DNA of 64,000 bases. Source: an uncultured Porphyromonadaceae bacterium. GTDB lineage: Bacteria; Bacteroidota; Bacteroidia; Bacteroidales; UBA12481. Where the stretch lies: assembly GCA_964457845.1 (NCBI GenBank), contig CAYWHP010000006.1:9266-73265 (forward strand), written 5' to 3'. The notes under the pieces are model-generated. The model did no database searches and was not told the origin of the DNA. It was given only the letters and a program-made list of their open reading frames with translations. Shown here one piece after another: positions 18,902-27,963 of this stretch; positions within the stretch are counted from its first letter, which is position 1, and every line of letters starts with the position of its first letter. The position numbers and the translations under genes are program-made.

Positions 18902-21202
18902 TCAGGCTTCTGTTTCTGCCGCTGTATCGGTTTCAGCCGGTTTATCCTTCTTCTTCCTGGTTTTGGCCGGAGTTTCTGCTGCTGGAGCGTCGGCTGCTTC
19001 TTCAGCAACTTCAGCAACTTCAGCAACCGGAGCAACTTCAGCTACAGGAGCAACTTCAGCAACCGGAGCAACTTCAGCTACCACCTCAACAGCGGTTTCA
19101 GCTACAGGAGCTTCTTCTGCTTTTGCCTCTTCAGCAGCCTGGGCTGCAGCGGCTTTAGCAGCGAAGTTCTTGCGAAAATCACTCTGTTCGGCGGCTTCCA
19201 TTTTGTCCTTCAGGGCAGCCAGTTCAGAGATATCACCAAGGGTGGTGGATTCCATGCTGGTTTTAACCTTTTTGGGAGCCTTCTCGACAACCGGTTTCGG
19301 CTTGTGTTCAGCTTCAGCCATACGCTTCTCATCTTCGTAAACACGTCCGTGTGAGAGGATGATACGCTTGGATGACTTATTGAATTCGATAACCTTGAAC
19401 ATCAGTTTTTCTTCAGCTTTTGCCTGCGTGCCGTCTTCCTTAATCAGGTGGCGCGGTGTAGCAAATCCTTCAACACCGTAAGGCAGTGCGATCACGGCAC
19501 CACGGTCGAAAATGCTGATGATGGTTCCTTCGTGGATGGTACCTTCGGAGAACATCGATTCGAATACATCCCACGGGTTTTCCTCGAGCTGCTTGTGACC
19601 AAGGCTCAGGCGGCGGTTCTCTTTGTCGATTTCAAGTACAACAACGGAAATCTCATCACCGATGGAACAGAATTCGGCAGGATGCTTGATCTTCTTGGTC
19701 CAGCTCAGGTCGGAAATGTGGATCAGACCGTCGACACCCTCTTCGATTTCAACAAATACACCGAAACCGGTGAAATTGCGAACCTTGGCGGTATGCTGCG
19801 AACCGATCGGATACCGGTTTTCGATATTCGACCATGGATCCTGGCGCATCTGCTTGATGCCCAACGACATCTTGCGGTCTTCGCGATCCAGGGTAAGAAT
19901 AACGGCTTCAATCTCGTCGCTTACTTTCAGGAATTCCTGAGCACTGCGGAGATGCTGCGACCATGACATTTCTGAAACATGGATGAGGCCTTCAACTCCG
20001 GCGGTGATTTCAACGAATGCACCATAGTCGGCCATAACAACAACTTTACCTTTAACAACGTCGCCAACCTTGAGGTTTGCGTCGAGCGAATCCCACGGAT
20101 GCGGGGTAAGCTGTTTCAGGCCGAGAGCGATACGCTTCTTGTGATCATCGAAATCAAGGATAACAACATTGATTTTCTGATCGAGGGTAACGATCTCTTC
20201 AGGATGATTTACGCGGCCCCATGAAAGGTCGGTAATGTGGATAAGACCGTCGACGCCGCCGAGATCAATGAATACACCGTAGGAGGTGATGTTCTTGACG
20301 GTACCTTCGAGAACCTGTCCTTTTTCCAGTTTGGAAATAATCTCCTGTTTCTGGATTTCCAGTTCGGCCTCGATGAGGGCTTTGTGCGATACAACCACGT
20401 TCTTGAATTCATGGTTAATCTTAACCACCTTGAATTCCATGGTTTTACCAACAAAAATGTCGTAATCACGGATGGGTTTCACATCGATCTGTGAACCCGG
20501 GAGGAAAGCTTCGATTCCGAAGACATCGACGATCATGCCGCCCTTGGTCCTGCACTTGATGTACCCTTTAATGATTTCACTTTTCTCATAGGCATCATTA
20601 ACGCGATCCCATGAACGCAGTGCGCGTGCTTTCTTGTGCGACAGAACGAGCTGGCCGTTCTTGTCCTCGAGGGTTTCAACATAAACTTCCACTTTGTCAC
20701 CGGCCTTAAGGTCGGGATCATAGCGGAATTCGTTAAGGCTTACAACGCCTTCCGACTTATAGCCGATGTTGATTACGACTTCCCGCTTGTTCATAAACAC
20801 AACGGTACCATCGATCACTTCGTTTGCTCCCACTACGGAGAGTGTCTGGTCGAACATGGCTTCCAGCTTCGAACGTTCGTCGGCGCTGTAACCGTCCTGT
20901 TCGGCTTCGTACTTGTCCCAGTCAAATTCCTGACCGGTTAATTTTGCTGCAGAGATCAGCTGGACGACGTCAACATCGTCTTCATCTTCTTCTACTTCCT
21001 CAATTTCAACATCTGTATCCTCTTCTTCTTCAGGAACAAAATCTTCCTCTTCAAGATCTTCTTCCACGATCACAACTTCTGTTTCTTCAGGGCCAGCTTC
21101 CGCTTCGACTTCCTGAATTTCTGCCACTGGGGCCGATTCGGTTACCGGGGTGATCAATTCACCGGTTTCCTCTTCATTTAGGTTTTTTTCAATTTCCGAC
21201 AT
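18902..21202 (-). CDS. rpsA: 30S ribosomal protein S1 with an acidic N-terminal extension and a repeat-containing C-terminal extension
   Basis: Six S1 (OB-fold) repeats are recognisable (e.g. GTVVFMNKREVVINIGYKSEG, GKVVVMADYGAFVEI). The protein is 766 aa. Confidence 0.95.
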   Translation of the reverse strand: MSEIEKNLNEEETGELITPVTESAPVAEIQEVEAEAGPEETEVVIVEEDLEEEDFVPEEEEDTDVEIEEVEEDEDDVDVVQLISAAKLTGQEFDWDKYEAEQDGYSADERSKLEAMFDQTLSVVGANEVIDGTVVFMNKREVVINIGYKSEGVVSLNEFRYDPDLKAGDKVEVYVETLEDKNGQLVLSHKKARALRSWDRVNDAYEKSEIIKGYIKCRTKGGMIVDVFGIEAFLPGSQIDVKPIRDYDIFVGKTMEFKVVKINHEFKNVVVSHKALIEAELEIQKQEIISKLEKGQVLEGTVKNITSYGVFIDLGGVDGLIHITDLSWGRVNHPEEIVTLDQKINVVILDFDDHKKRIALGLKQLTPHPWDSLDANLKVGDVVKGKVVVMADYGAFVEITAGVEGLIHVSEMSWSQHLRSAQEFLKVSDEIEAVILTLDREDRKMSLGIKQMRQDPWSNIENRYPIGSQHTAKVRNFTGFGVFVEIEEGVDGLIHISDLSWTKKIKHPAEFCSIGDEISVVVLEIDKENRRLSLGHKQLEENPWDVFESMFSEGTIHEGTIISIFDRGAVIALPYGVEGFATPRHLIKEDGTQAKAEEKLMFKVIEFNKSSKRIILSHGRVYEDEKRMAEAEHKPKPVVEKAPKKVKTSMESTTLGDISELAALKDKMEAAEQSDFRKNFAAKAAAAQAAEEAKAEEAPVAETAVEVVAEVAPVAEVAPVAEVAPVAEVAEVAEEAADAPAAETPAKTRKKKDKPAETDTAAETEA
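19004..19084. repeat. in-frame 9/18-bp tandem repeat inside the rpsA 3' region
   Basis: Units AGCAACTTC / AGCWACMGG are read directly from the sequence. They encode (VAEVAP)n on the minus strand. Confidence 0.9.
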
Positions 21203-21256
21203 TTTGTAAATCTCAATTAATTAATGCGTTAGACATTATTTTGATAAACTTGGGCG

Positions 21257-21264
21257 CAAAGGTA
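21257..21264 (-). promoter_or_regulatory. candidate Bacteroidota -7 box (TACCTTTG) for rpsA
   Basis: The minus strand reads TACCTTTG, matching TAnnTTTG, about 55 nt upstream of the rpsA ATG. Confidence 0.5.
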
Positions 21265-21275
21265 AAGATTTTTCT

Positions 21276-23054
21276 TCAAATGATAAAATCCGCTTCGCAA
21301 TAGTTGAGAAGCCCCATCACAGGATGTTGAACTGCAGTTTGATAGAGCCGCAACGCCTCAGAATCGGATCCACTCCATTTTGCGGCTGCGCTTGCGACCA
21401 CCAGCGACAGGTTTGCCGACCGGGCCAGCAATACCGGGAACTGGGCAACCTGCAGGGCTGGCAGTTCAATGATCAGAAACCGGCATGCGGTTGGTGTGAA
21501 AGAGAAATTCCGGAGCAGTTCATTAACAGTGCGGATTCCGACCATGTTGTCGGGGACGGTGTATTCATGGTCCCAGGTTTTTCGGTAGACATCAAAACTG
21601 GTAAACTGGCGGGCCAGTTCCACTGCCGGTAAATTCTCAGAAGGCTTGATAAAAATAACCCGTGAACCCGATGCCCGAAGCTTTTGTGTGAGTAGTCCGG
21701 CCACCCGAGTTTTTCCCTGCATCCGTTCTGAGCTGATAATCAGAATAATGAATGGCTGTTCAGCAGCGTTTTCCGCTTGGAAAGATTCAACAAAAAGCCT
21801 GCGTGAGATGAAATCTACAGATCGGGAGGCCAATACTGACAAATCATGATCATTCTCTTTTCCCTCGGGAATAACGGGAAGTGTTCCCAAAAGCTCCAAG
21901 CCGGAAAACCGTTCGAATCGCGCAGGTGTTTTTATTCGTCTGTCGAATACATCAACCAGGAAGAGTAACGCAATTATCAGGATAAGCACTGCAAAAAAAG
22001 CCAGCACCCCCAGACCCGCAGCATTAACCGCAACCGGCCCGGCATAGCAGGACGGTGCTTCGGTCACCAGGATCCGGCAGCTTCCGGTACCATCATCTGG
22101 CCTGAATGCAGAAAGCCGTGCGCCGAGCACTTCGAGCAGGATTCTCAGGGTTTCCTCACTGGCAGCGGGATCATCTGAAGTAAATGAAAGCCCGATCATG
22201 TCTGAGTCTTTCAGCTTTGCCATCTTGATGGCCGATAAACTTCGGATGCCATAAAAAGGGGCATCCGAAGAAAGGAGGCCGGCAAGATAATTCTCCCTGC
22301 CGCCGGCACGGTATTCGGTGAGATACCTCACAAGCGTTCGGTATCGGTTGTCAATCGAATCATCAGCTGTTGAAAGGGGATTCCCATCCCCGACGGCCAG
22401 ACTGTCGGTAGCCAGCTTTCTGACGGTAACTGTCTGGTCATTGGCATTCAGCTCATCGCTTGTTATTCCCACGATAAGTTGCCTGCCACCCTGAAACGGT
22501 GGCATTGGCACATTCATGGCTTCCAGTTGCGCGGGCGTGATGTTGAAGCGGGAACAAACCGCAGCCGGATTATCGCCGGCCCTTATTGTATAAATAACCG
22601 GGACACTTGTGGCAGCGGCAGGCGGCACGGGTTCGGCTCCGGCGAGAGAATCCCGTGCCGGAGGTTCTTCCCGGCCACTTTTAGCAACCATGTCCAGTAT
22701 TTCAGGCGGAACTTCAGAAAGAAGCCTGTAATGGGATTCCGATTGATTCAGATCACTGCCGGGCATATTTTGCAACAGATTAGCCGCCAACAAACAGATC
22801 GAGACTTGCTCAAGCGTTTCGCGGCTTTTCAGCAAAGCCCTGAGGTTACCAAAACGGGCATCCATGAGATCATCCTCAGCACCTACCGGGAACAGATTTC
22901 CGGAAACCGGGCAAATACAGATTGTTGCGCGGGCAGTAAAGCTTTCAGGCTTGTTCCTGACCAGGAAGAACACAATAACAGCAGCCAGAGCGGCAACCCC
23001 TGCGATGAGCCAAACCCTCTTTAAAATAAGCCGCGTAAACCGGTTCTTTATCAT
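21276..23054 (-). CDS. chain-length-determinant (PCP) paralogue with an internal LysM domain and a degenerate C-terminal P-loop domain
   Basis: 592 aa with an N-terminal TM helix. LysM-like segment: VIYTIRAGDNPAAVCSRFNITPAQLEAMN...GGRQLIV (nt 22467-22598). A second TM helix (LGVLAFFAVLILIIALLFLV) follows, then P-loop-like SSERMQGKT and FLIIELPA. Confidence 0.75.
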   Translation of the reverse strand: MIKNRFTRLILKRVWLIAGVAALAAVIVFFLVRNKPESFTARATICICPVSGNLFPVGAEDDLMDARFGNLRALLKSRETLEQVSICLLAANLLQNMPGSDLNQSESHYRLLSEVPPEILDMVAKSGREEPPARDSLAGAEPVPPAAATSVPVIYTIRAGDNPAAVCSRFNITPAQLEAMNVPMPPFQGGRQLIVGITSDELNANDQTVTVRKLATDSLAVGDGNPLSTADDSIDNRYRTLVRYLTEYRAGGRENYLAGLLSSDAPFYGIRSLSAIKMAKLKDSDMIGLSFTSDDPAASEETLRILLEVLGARLSAFRPDDGTGSCRILVTEAPSCYAGPVAVNAAGLGVLAFFAVLILIIALLFLVDVFDRRIKTPARFERFSGLELLGTLPVIPEGKENDHDLSVLASRSVDFISRRLFVESFQAENAAEQPFIILIISSERMQGKTRVAGLLTQKLRASGSRVIFIKPSENLPAVELARQFTSFDVYRKTWDHEYTVPDNMVGIRTVNELLRNFSFTPTACRFLIIELPALQVAQFPVLLARSANLSLVVASAAAKWSGSDSEALRLYQTAVQHPVMGLLNYCEADFII

Positions 23055-23337
23055 TAATCAAACATTGCGGGTATAATCATCAAATCCCAATAATTTTCAG
23101 CAATTTCGTAAAGATTATCCAATTTGGTGAAGCCTTAGGTTTAAGTTCGGGTAAAAATAGCACTTATTAAGTTAACCAATGAACGACGCGCAAAGCCCCA
23201 TTCAGGCCGTTCACTTTTTTTGACCAATGGTTTTCCATATATTAGAGGATACTCTTAATTTGGCAGAGGGAATACAATGAACAAGGGATACCGCCAGCTC
23301 AGATTCGCAACGAATATTTACCGATAAACAACACTTT

Positions 23338-24660
23338 ATGAAAATCTCCATTGTTGGAACAGGTTATGTTGGACTCGTTACAGGAACCTGTTTTGCCGAA
23401 ACCGGCGTGACGGCTACTTGTGTGGATATTGATGAAAAAAAAATCGAGATGCTCAACAACGGCCAGGTACCGATCTATGAGCCAGGCCTCGACGACATGA
23501 TCAAGCGCAACGTTGAAAAGGAGCGGCTCTTCTTCACCACCAAAATTCAGGACACCCTGGCGGAGGCCAATGTGGTATTCATCGCGGTGGGAACGCCTCC
23601 CGATGAAGACGGCAGCGCCGACCTGCGTTACGTACTGGGGGTTGCCCGTGAAATTGGAAAATACATGGACCATTATCTGGTGGTGGTGACCAAGAGTACT
23701 GTTCCGATTGGCACGGCCATCAAGGTGCGCGCTGCCGTCAAGGAAGAACTGGCTAAACGTGGTGTTGATATCGACTTCGATGTCGCCTCAAACCCGGAAT
23801 TTCTGAAAGAAGGATCTGCTATTGCCGACTTCCTCAAGCCCGACAGGATTGTTTGCGGAATTGACTCGGAGAAAGCAGAAAAAACGCTTGCACGTTTATA
23901 CAAGCCATTCGTGCTCAACGGGCATCCGTTGTTGTTTATGGACATACCATCTGCCGAGATGACAAAATATGCGGCAAACTCTATGCTGGCAACCAAGATC
24001 AGTTTCATGAACGATATATCCAACCTGTGTGAAATTGTAGGTGCGGATGTCGATATGGTCAGAAAGGGAATTGGTAGTGATTCGCGTATCGGAACCAAAT
24101 TCATCTATCCGGGTGTGGGTTACGGAGGAAGCTGCTTCCCGAAAGACGTTAAGGCGCTTATCAAAACAGCCAGCGAATATGGCTACAAGATGAGGGTACT
24201 TCAATCCGTTGAAGATGTGAACGATGACCAGAAAAAGGTTATGTTCGATAAGGTCAGCCGGTTTTTCAACGGGGAACTGAAGGGCAAGAAGATTGCCATA
24301 TGGGGCCTTGCCTTCAAGCCCAATACCGATGACATGCGTGAGGCTCCCTCACTTGTTTTCATTGGCCAGCTGCTTGGCGCAGGCGCAAATGTGGTGGCCT
24401 ATGACCCGGTGGCCATACACGAAACCCAGCGTAAAATCGGAAACACCATTTCCTATGTTAACGATCAGTATGAAGCGCTGATTGATGCAGATGCAGTGGT
24501 GCTGCTGACAGAGTGGAATGAATTCAGGGTGCCGAAATACAAGATTATGGCCAAGCTGATGAAAAACAAGGTCGTATTTGATGGCAGGAATATTTACGAT
24601 GCCGATGAAATGCTTGAAGTAGGCTTCCGATATATCGGCATGGGACGGAAGATTGTCTAG
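23338..24660 (+). CDS. ugd: UDP-glucose 6-dehydrogenase
   Basis: MKISIVGTGYVGLVTG Rossmann start and the catalytic GGSCFPKD motif. Confidence 0.95.
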   Translation: MKISIVGTGYVGLVTGTCFAETGVTATCVDIDEKKIEMLNNGQVPIYEPGLDDMIKRNVEKERLFFTTKIQDTLAEANVVFIAVGTPPDEDGSADLRYVLGVAREIGKYMDHYLVVVTKSTVPIGTAIKVRAAVKEELAKRGVDIDFDVASNPEFLKEGSAIADFLKPDRIVCGIDSEKAEKTLARLYKPFVLNGHPLLFMDIPSAEMTKYAANSMLATKISFMNDISNLCEIVGADVDMVRKGIGSDSRIGTKFIYPGVGYGGSCFPKDVKALIKTASEYGYKMRVLQSVEDVNDDQKKVMFDKVSRFFNGELKGKKIAIWGLAFKPNTDDMREAPSLVFIGQLLGAGANVVAYDPVAIHETQRKIGNTISYVNDQYEALIDADAVVLLTEWNEFRVPKYKIMAKLMKNKVVFDGRNIYDADEMLEVGFRYIGMGRKIV

Positions 24661-24669
24661 TACCTGATA

Positions 24670-25611
24670 ATGAAAAAAATACTGGTAACCGGCGGGGCGG
24701 GATTCATTGGCTCCCATCTCTGTGAGCGGCTTTTGAATGAAGGCCATGAGGTAATTTGTGTCGATAATTACTTCACCGGCAGCAAGAGTAATATCATCCA
24801 CCTTCTCGACCATCCCTATTTCGAGCTGATCCGCCACGATGTGACGGAGCCCATGTTTATCGAAGTGGATGAAATATATAATCTTGCATGCCCTGCCTCT
24901 CCTATCCATTATCAGTATAATCCGATCAAAACGGTAAAAACCTCCGTTATGGGGGCCATCAATATGCTTGGCCTGGCTAAGCGTATCCGGGCAAAAATTC
25001 TTCAGGCGTCGACCAGTGAAGTGTATGGGGATCCGAAAGTTCACCCGCAGAAGGAGGATTATTGGGGCAATGTAAATCCCATCGGTCCCCGATCGTGTTA
25101 CGATGAAGGCAAGCGGTGTGCGGAAACACTGTTCATGAATTACCATGGACAGAATGGTGTACGGATTAAGATTATCCGGATTTTCAACACCTACGGTCCC
25201 CGCATGCATCCGCAGGATGGCCGGGTAGTTTCGAATTTCATAATCCAGGCGCTTCACAACCGCGATATCACCATTTACGGTGATGGCAGCCAGACGCGAA
25301 GTTTCCAGTATGTTGATGATCTTCTTGAAGGGGCCATCCGCATGATGGCAACAGGCGATGAATTCACAGGACCCGTTAATATCGGAAACCCGGTGGAGTT
25401 CACGATTCGGGAGCTTGCGGAAAAAGTCATCAAGCTCACCGGATCAAGATCTAAACTGGTTTACTTTCCATTGCCGGAGGATGATCCGACACAACGGCAG
25501 CCCGACATTACCCTAGCACGGCACCATCTTAATGACTGGGAGCCAAAGGTGCAGCTTGAACAAGGTCTCATGAAAACCATCGAATATTTCACAACGCTCA
25601 AAACCAAGTAA
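24670..25611 (+). CDS. uxs: UDP-glucuronate decarboxylase (UDP-xylose synthase)
   Basis: [54 protein letters not shown]. This is characteristic of UXS-type extended SDRs. Confidence 0.9.
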   Translation: MKKILVTGGAGFIGSHLCERLLNEGHEVICVDNYFTGSKSNIIHLLDHPYFELIRHDVTEPMFIEVDEIYNLACPASPIHYQYNPIKTVKTSVMGAINMLGLAKRIRAKILQASTSEVYGDPKVHPQKEDYWGNVNPIGPRSCYDEGKRCAETLFMNYHGQNGVRIKIIRIFNTYGPRMHPQDGRVVSNFIIQALHNRDITIYGDGSQTRSFQYVDDLLEGAIRMMATGDEFTGPVNIGNPVEFTIRELAEKVIKLTGSRSKLVYFPLPEDDPTQRQPDITLARHHLNDWEPKVQLEQGLMKTIEYFTTLKTK

Positions 25612-25614
25612 ACC

Positions 25615-26496
25615 ATGAAGGGAATAATACTTGCCGGAGGTGCCGGCACCAGGCTCTATCCGCTCACAAAGAGCATATCCAAGCAGATTGTTCCGATTTA
25701 CGACAAGCCGATGATTTACTATCCGTTGTCGGTGCTGATGCTTGCCGGGATCCGGGAGATCCTGGTTATATCGACTCCAAAGGACCTGCATCTTTACCAG
25801 GATTTGTTTGAGGACGGATCGGCTTATGGCCTTACCATTTCCTATGCAGAGCAACCCTCCCCTGACGGTCTGGCACAGGCATTCATCATTGGCGAGGAAT
25901 TTCTCCAGGGCGAAGAAGCCTGTCTGGTTCTGGGCGACAATATCTTTTACGGCTACAACTTCGGCAAGATTGCCGAAGAGGCCGCTAAGTTGAAAGAAGG
26001 TGCCATTGTTTTCGGTTACTATGTTACGGATCCGGAGAGGTATGGTGTAGCCGAATTCGATGAAACCGGCAGGGTGCTCAGCATTGAGGAAAAGCCGGAC
26101 GTTCCCAAGTCGAATTATGCGGTTACGGGCCTGTATTTCTATGATAATACGGTCGTGGCAAGGGCGAAATCCCTGAAACCGTCGAAGAGGGGTGAGCTGG
26201 AGATTACCGACCTCAACCGTCTCTATCTCGAAGAAGACAAACTCAAGGTGAGTCTTCTCGGCAGAGGCATGGCCTGGCTGGATACAGGCACACACGACAG
26301 CCTTCTCCAGGCCTCCAATTTTATTGCCACCATTGAACAACGCCAGGGCCTCAAAGTTGCCTGCATCGAAGAAATCGCTTACTCCAAGGGTTACATTACG
26401 AAGCAACAGCTGCTCGACCTGGCGAAACCCCTGGAAAAGAACCAGTACGGTCAATACCTGCTGGCACTTGCAAATGAGAAAATTAAGAAATGGTAA
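25615..26496 (+). CDS. rfbA: glucose-1-phosphate thymidylyltransferase
   Basis: [18 protein letters not shown]...[24 protein letters not shown]. Confidence 0.95.
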   Translation: MKGIILAGGAGTRLYPLTKSISKQIVPIYDKPMIYYPLSVLMLAGIREILVISTPKDLHLYQDLFEDGSAYGLTISYAEQPSPDGLAQAFIIGEEFLQGEEACLVLGDNIFYGYNFGKIAEEAAKLKEGAIVFGYYVTDPERYGVAEFDETGRVLSIEEKPDVPKSNYAVTGLYFYDNTVVARAKSLKPSKRGELEITDLNRLYLEEDKLKVSLLGRGMAWLDTGTHDSLLQASNFIATIEQRQGLKVACIEEIAYSKGYITKQQLLDLAKPLEKNQYGQYLLALANEKIKKW

Positions 26497-26500
26497 AATC

Positions 26501-27061
26501 ATGACTATAACCGAATCTCCCCTGCCGGGGCTGTTGATTCTGCAACCCAGGGTTTTTGAGGACTCCCGCGGGTACTTTTTCGAAAGTTTCAACCGCAAAA
26601 TCCTGATGGATGCCGGCATCAACGCCCAGTTCGTGCAGGACAACCAATCCCTCTCACAATACGGTGTATTGCGGGGACTGCACTATCAGCTCGCCCCGTT
26701 TGCGCAGAGCAAGCTGGTTAGGGTGCTGATGGGATCGGTGTGGGATGTTGCGGTTGATATCCGGCAGAACTCTCCCACCTTCGGACAATACTTTGGTATC
26801 GAGCTGAGTGCCGAAAACAAGACCCAGCTCTATATCCCCCAGGGTTTCGCCCACGGGTTTGCTGTTACCAGTCCGTCGGCGGTCTTTTTCTACAAATGCG
26901 ACAGCTTTTACAATCCCGAAGCCGAACGGGGAATCCACTTCAATGATCCGGATCTCGCCATACCGTGGCCGGTGTCGGAATCAGAATCAATAATCAGCCC
27001 CAAGGACAAGGTTCTGCCTATGTTCAAGGATGCGCAGATTAACTTTGCCTACCGGCCGTGA
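26501..27061 (+). CDS. rfbC: dTDP-4-dehydrorhamnose 3,5-epimerase
   Basis: PRVFEDSRGYFFESF...LRGLHYQ...KLVRV..G.VWDVAVDIR. I chose the ATG at 26501, 4 nt after the rfbA stop, over the track start at 26324, which lies inside rfbA. Confidence 0.9.
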   Translation: MTITESPLPGLLILQPRVFEDSRGYFFESFNRKILMDAGINAQFVQDNQSLSQYGVLRGLHYQLAPFAQSKLVRVLMGSVWDVAVDIRQNSPTFGQYFGIELSAENKTQLYIPQGFAHGFAVTSPSAVFFYKCDSFYNPEAERGIHFNDPDLAIPWPVSESESIISPKDKVLPMFKDAQINFAYRP

Positions 27062-27948
27062 GAACAACAAGAATCCTCATCACCGGTGCCAATGGGCAGC
27101 TGGGACAGGCATTGCTCGGTTTGCCCGGCTTATCTGGCGGAATTGAGTGGATAGCCACTGATTATAACGAGCTTGACATCACCAGTGCGGCTGACGTGAA
27201 GGCTTTCGCTGGCAGGGAAGGACCCGATTTCATCCTGAACTGCGCCGCTTATACGGCTGTCGATCTTGCTGAAAAGGAACCTAAAAAAGCCTTCCTGATC
27301 AATGCCGAGGGACCTCGCATTCTTGCCATTGCCGCCCGCGACACAGGCATACCATTGATCCACATCTCCACTGACTATGTTTTCTCGGGGAATAGCTGGA
27401 CACCCTACAAGGAAACCGATGCAACGGATCCGAAATCCGCCTATGGCAAGTCAAAGCTTGCCGGGGAGCAAGCCATATTGGAAATTGGCGGCCGGTCGGT
27501 TATCATACGGACCAGCTGGCTATACTCCGAGTTCGGAAAAAACTTCTTCCTTACCATGCTGAGACTTGGAAAAGAGAAAGAAACGATCGGAGTTGTGTGC
27601 GACCAGATCGGTGGCCCAACGTATGCCGGCGACCTTGCCGGGGCCATGATGACCATGGTAAATGCATTTCATGCCAACCAGGACTGGCTGACAAAACCCG
27701 AAATTGTCCACTATTGCAACGCCGGTGTGGCCAGCTGGTATGATCTTTCGGTGGCCATTATGGAAATTGCAGGGCTGCCCTGCAAGGTAAAACCGATTTC
27801 GACCAGCGACTATCCGCTTCCTGCCCCGAGACCGGCCTACAGCCTGATGGACACTTCCCGTTACCGGGGCCTGTCCGGCAAAGATGTTCCGCATTGGAGG
27901 GAGAGCCTTGCGGACTGCTACGAAAAATATCTGAAAAATAACAGCTAA
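27058..27948 (+). CDS. rfbD: dTDP-4-dehydrorhamnose reductase
   Basis: ILITGANGQLG...HISTDYVFSG...YGKSKLAGE. The GTG start overlaps the rfbC stop. Confidence 0.9.
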   Translation: MRTTRILITGANGQLGQALLGLPGLSGGIEWIATDYNELDITSAADVKAFAGREGPDFILNCAAYTAVDLAEKEPKKAFLINAEGPRILAIAARDTGIPLIHISTDYVFSGNSWTPYKETDATDPKSAYGKSKLAGEQAILEIGGRSVIIRTSWLYSEFGKNFFLTMLRLGKEKETIGVVCDQIGGPTYAGDLAGAMMTMVNAFHANQDWLTKPEIVHYCNAGVASWYDLSVAIMEIAGLPCKVKPISTSDYPLPAPRPAYSLMDTSRYRGLSGKDVPHWRESLADCYEKYLKNNS

Positions 27949-27963
27949 AAGATTTTTAAAGAA

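Noticed and set aside
23055-23337. Promoter boxes in the 283-bp divergent spacer upstream of ugd
   Set aside because: I found only near-matches to TAnnTTTG, such as TTAATTTG near 23256. They are not good enough to annotate.
24349-25257. 302-aa minus-strand ORF
   Set aside because: It is antisense to ugd and uxs, so it is a shadow ORF.
24670-25611. Calling this SDR gene rfbB (dTDP-glucose 4,6-dehydratase) to complete the rhamnose pathway
   Set aside because: The sequence carries UXS-type motifs ([30 protein letters not shown]) and follows ugd. That is the expected order for UDP-xylose synthesis.
25513-26643. 376-aa minus-strand ORF
   Set aside because: It is antisense to rfbA and rfbC, which are unambiguous, and has no motifs of its own.
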